Below are positions 60,240 through 64,000 of a DNA stretch of 64,000 bases, piece after piece. The translations under genes and the position numbers were made by a program. Origin of the DNA: Klebsormidium nitens. Lineage: Eukaryota > Plantae > Klebsormidiophyceae. Every line of letters starts with the position of its first letter. Positions within the stretch are counted from its first letter, which is position 1. The notes under the pieces are model-generated. The model saw nothing but the letters and a program-made list of their open reading frames with translations, searched no databases and was not told where the DNA came from. The stretch lies in contig DF237274.1 of the NCBI GenBank assembly GCA_000708835.1, positions 38,781-102,780 on the forward strand, read 5' to 3'.

Positions 60240-62447
60240 ATGGCTACATTTGCACCTCGTTTAGATGCAAGGATGCTACGTCTGGTGATTTTGTGGGGTT
60301 TTAGCTTCATCTGCGGAGTGCAGTCAGCCACCATGGAGGATGTTGGCAACCTGGTGGCTGGTCCTCTCTGGAACCAGACCAGGCTCAGTCTGCACTTTAG
60401 GGGCCTATCCGGCCCCATCCCTCGAGAGCTTGGCAGCCTGACTAACCTCACCTACCTGGACCTCTCCCTCAACAGCCTCTCTGGCCCCATTCCCCCGGAG
60501 CTCGGCAGCCTGACCAACCTCACCTACCTGGACCTCTCCCTCAACAGCCTCTCTGGCCCCATTCCCCCGGAGCTCGGCAGCCTGACCAAACTTTCCATCT
60601 TGGCCCTCGGATATAACGACCTCTTCGGCCTCATCCCCCTAGAGCTCGACCGCCTCGCCAGCCTTCAATACCTCAACCTCACGAGCAACAACCTCTCTGG
60701 CCCCATCCCCTCCAAGCTCAGCGGCCTGACCGGGCTCCAAAAGCTCGACCTCTCCTTCAACAACCATATTTCCGGCCCCATCCCCCCCGAGCTCGGCGGC
60801 CTGACCGGGCTCCAAAAGCTCGACCTCTCCTTCAACAACCTTTCCGGCCCGATCCCCACAGAGCTCGGCAGCCTGACCGACATCGAAACCCTCAACCTCA
60901 GTTCCACGGACACGTCTTGCGAAATGCTCGACTTGTCGCGTATGACGAGGATTCAAAAGTTGGGCCTTCCTTGCTCTCCACCCCTCTCTTTCAAGGAAAC
61001 CAATCTTTCCTACTTAGCACTGACCGTTAACACCCAATCCAGCCCCGCCAAATACCTGGACCTGTCGGCGGTGCCAGACTCCTGCAAGATCGTCAACCTG
61101 ACGGGCCTGCACCCCAACCTCGAGCGTGTCCGGTTCTGGGGAGCTTGCAACGAGGGCTGCGTGGTGAATTTGGCAGGCACGGGGGCTAGATTGGATCGCA
61201 GCACCCGCGGGAAGGTGTGCTTGAGTCGGATATCGGTCTTTCTCTCGGGGGACATTCCCTTCCCGCTGTACGATCGGGGGAAGTTTTTAGGCATTCTCCA
61301 AAATCAGCGCGGGAACTATAGTTTGGATGACCCCAACTTCGTGGATCTGATCGACCTGGGGCGCGACGGGAGGGCGTACACGGGGGTGGGGTTCTCGAGG
61401 GTCCAAGCGGGCAATCTATGCGGTAATCCCGAGGCGAAGGGGGTCACGGCGCTCGTCTTTGGTGTCTTCACCGTCCTCTTGCTGGTGGGGACCATCTCCG
61501 TCGTCGTGGTGGCCCCCTGGCGCCGTCGGATCCGGGGAAGCGGTCTCGAGGAGGACGGGGCCGTTAAGAGTGGGTAAGTTCGTTCACTTGCTCGGATCCG
61601 AAGTCTATTATCTCGTCAGACCATCCAGATCCGGTCACGCGCACAGTCTTTACATGCGGCTATCAACCGAATGGTCAGATCCTGTGCTTCCTTGTGCAGC
61701 TTACGGCGTGGTGGGCTCTACCTTTGGGGAGTAGCGCTGGGCGTTCTACCCGTGGTGGACGTCGTCACCGACTTTCTAGTCCTGAGCGAGGTCTGGGGCG
61801 CGTGGCCGATGTGGGTGGTATTGGCATCGGTCTGTGCGCCGTTCGTATGGGCGTCCTACGCGGTGGCTGAGTCCTGGTCGTCGACCAAGATCTCAGTGCG
61901 CGGTTTGAAGGGGTTGCGGGTGAGGTGGATGTGGCCCCTGCCAGACATGGGCGCTCAGCAGCGGAGGGCGAACGCGTTGTCCTTGCGCGCTGGTGTTTTG
62001 GCAGTCCTGCTGCTTCCCCTGGGACTCCTGGGTGTGCTCGTCCAGGACCTGCTGTCGGTGGCGGAGAGGTTCGGGCTTCATCTGGCATCGGGGGATGAGA
62101 TCGTCGTTTTCGAGCGCTACCATGAGTCTCGGGTGGTGGTCGAAGTGCTTCTAGAGTCTCTGCCCCAAGCCATCTTCCAGACCGGACTCTACCTGATCGG
62201 GAGCTCGAGGGCGACCCGCATCTACATCGACCAGCGCATCTTCGTGCAGTCGATCGTTGTTTCGTTGTGTAGTCTCTTGATGCATTACTGCACTATGCTG
62301 TGGGAGGCAGTATACGAGGGCAAGTCGATCGTTAGGGTATTCCTGGACCGATTCAGGGGTGCGGGGCAGCCGATCTCCGTGGCGCTGACCACCGGGCCCA
62401 GCGGGGATGAAGAGGTGGAAGTAGTGAGTCTCAAGGCGGCTGGTTGA
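60240..62447 (+). CDS. Secretory LRR ectodomain + TM + XK-related multipass membrane domain fusion
   Basis: Exons 60240-61572 and about 61700-62447, joined in phase 2 (GG|GTAAGT ... TGTGCAG|C). Signal peptide MLRLVILWGFSFICGVQSA, about 7 plant-type 24-aa LRRs (LGSLTNLTYLDLSLNSLSGPIPPE), a Cys-containing juxtamembrane region and TM1. Then VDVVTDFLVL, several hydrophobic helices and EVLLESLPQAIFQTGLYL (XK-like E-S-x-P-Q-x-x-x-Q). A GTGAGT near 62427 could extend the gene. Confidence 0.8.
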
Positions 62448-63415
62448 CACAAGGCTCAGAGGGTCGATTAGAAGGTCGCAAGAGAAGTGTTTTGGGTTAT
62501 CGATTATGTATGGGTAGTCACGCCCCCCGACGCGACCGTGGAAAATTGCATACGCTGTGACTCGGTGATTCTAGATTGGAAAGGTCTCTTGGCATGTCTG
62601 ACAAACTCACCTTGGCGTTTGACAAGCACTCATGTCAGCTCTCTGATTGTATTAACCTACAGCCTAACCACGGCCATTCTAGAAATGACAGAAGATTCCG
62701 ATGCAGTCTGGTTCTGTTCGCCTTTCCCGAGTTAGTTATGTTGCGCCAAGAACGAAAATGGTGGATATCCATCAAGATGGCGCAGGATGTCGACCATTCG
62801 TCAGCAACTAGGTTGGCTCCTGATTGCATTGCACCTAAGCATGTTTGGCACATTTTGAACCGGCCAACCGCGGCCTTCCTATGTGACTCTTTCCGATCGA
62901 GGTTCGCAATCGCTGCAACGGCATAGTGCGCGCGCACGAGCGCAGTCTGGCACAGAGTGACTGTTTTAGGTCGTTCGTGCGCTGTGCCACAACAAGCGCC
63001 ATCCAAAAACATACAAAGACACTAGCGCACAATGTCGTGCTGCACGCGCTGCACCCCGCCCCTCCCGTTTTTTGCGTGCACCACCTCTTACTCATGGGAC
63101 TTACTGAGCGAGTGCGTTCTATTCTACGCAACTTCAACTTGCGCCGAGAAGAAAGCATCATTATACTTGTGAGGCTAGATGCGCGCGGTATGAAATATGT
63201 GATAAGCATCGTTCACAATCGAGGGTGCGCAGTGCGATGCTAAGGTTGGTCGTCCGGTCTATATGACGAATCATGGCTCCTTGTTGACTAGTACTGTTGA
63301 ATAGGGAATAACACTTGACGGTAGGCTCTAACCGGTCTCTGCAACGACTTCGGCCAAAGTTCATTTAATTCATTCTAACTTTCCTTTCGCTCCCTAAAGC
63401 CCGAGCCGGGGTTGG

Positions 63416-64000
63416 TCAACTGGTGTTTCTGTGGGCCTGGGTTGCTTCTGGGGCGACCATCATCTCCTGTAACCACTTCAGCACCGCAGGCCAGACCTCG
63501 CCCGATGCGAAGTAGTCGTTTGCGAGCCGCTCTGCGAATCGCTCCGTCCCACGCACTTGCTCACACAAAAGCTCGGCCCTCGGCCTATCCTGCTCGGTGC
63601 CTCGTCCGTGCCAGAGCAGCCATGCGAGCCAGACTCGCGACGACAACGCCTCCGCATCCTTGGCCGCAGACTCGAAGAGCTGGAAAGCCGCAGCCCAATC
63701 CTGTTGTACTCCCAACCCGTCCATATACAGCTCCCCCAGGTTGCCCTGCGCTGCCGACACCCCCTGCTCGGCGGCCTTCGCGTACAGCTCGGCCGCGCAC
63801 GCCTCGTTCTTCTCCACGCCCGTGCCGTACTCGTAGCACACGCCCAAGTTGTACTGCGCCCTTGCGTCGCCCTGCTCGGCGGCCTTCGCGTACAGCTTGA
63901 CGGCGCGCGCCTGATCCTTCTCCACGCCCTTGCCGAACCAATGGCACACGCCCAGGTTGCACCGCCCCCTCGCGCTGCCCTGATCGGCGGCCTGCGCGTA
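63416..64000 (-). CDS. Sel1-like repeat (SLR) protein, 3' portion; the gene continues beyond the window
   Basis: An uninterrupted frame from the window edge to the stop at 63416 carries 36-aa repeats AQYNLGVCYEYGTGVEKNEACAAELYAKAAEQG (at least 4 copies). Confidence 0.92.
   Translation of the reverse strand, partial: YAQAADQGSARGRCNLGVCHWFGKGVEKDQARAVKLYAKAAEQGDARAQYNLGVCYEYGTGVEKNEACAAELYAKAAEQGVSAAQGNLGELYMDGLGVQQDWAAAFQLFESAAKDAEALSSRVWLAWLLWHGRGTEQDRPRAELLCEQVRGTERFAERLANDYFASGEVWPAVLKWLQEMMVAPEATQAHRNTS

Overview
Intron-rich eukaryotic nuclear DNA with GC3-rich exons, GT/GC-AG introns and plant-type gene families plus a flagellar gene. This fits a streptophyte green alga, possibly Klebsormidium-like (inference, not confirmed). 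Genes rebuilt by hand from splice signals and remembered family motifs, left to right: plastid YgfZ/COG0354 folate-dependent Fe-S protein (5' end outside the window); FeS-less sulfonucleotide reductase APR-B; RPA12; an unidentified multi-exon gene; AK6/Fap7; IQUB; a two-exon hypothetical gene; a CGR2/3-like type II membrane methyltransferase; a type II membrane sulfotransferase-like protein; a TPR/BC-box/LRR protein; a mitochondrial IF1/complex-I-P2-like gene; peroxisomal ALDH10; an LRR + XK-related multipass membrane protein; and the 3' end of a Sel1-repeat gene. Non-coding features include two different MITE-like elements. The most unusual signals are: (1) a plant-type LRR ectodomain fused to an XK-like membrane domain; (2) a 164-nt fold-back whose four 2x2 internal loops are all CGAG/CGAG tandem G.A pairs; (3) three separate tandem amplifications of exon-intron junctions inside ALDH10; (4) an IF1/P2 gene whose splice choice could switch between a soluble and a membrane-anchored product. 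No rRNA, tRNA or CRISPR array was supported. No searches were run; family calls come from motifs recognised by eye.
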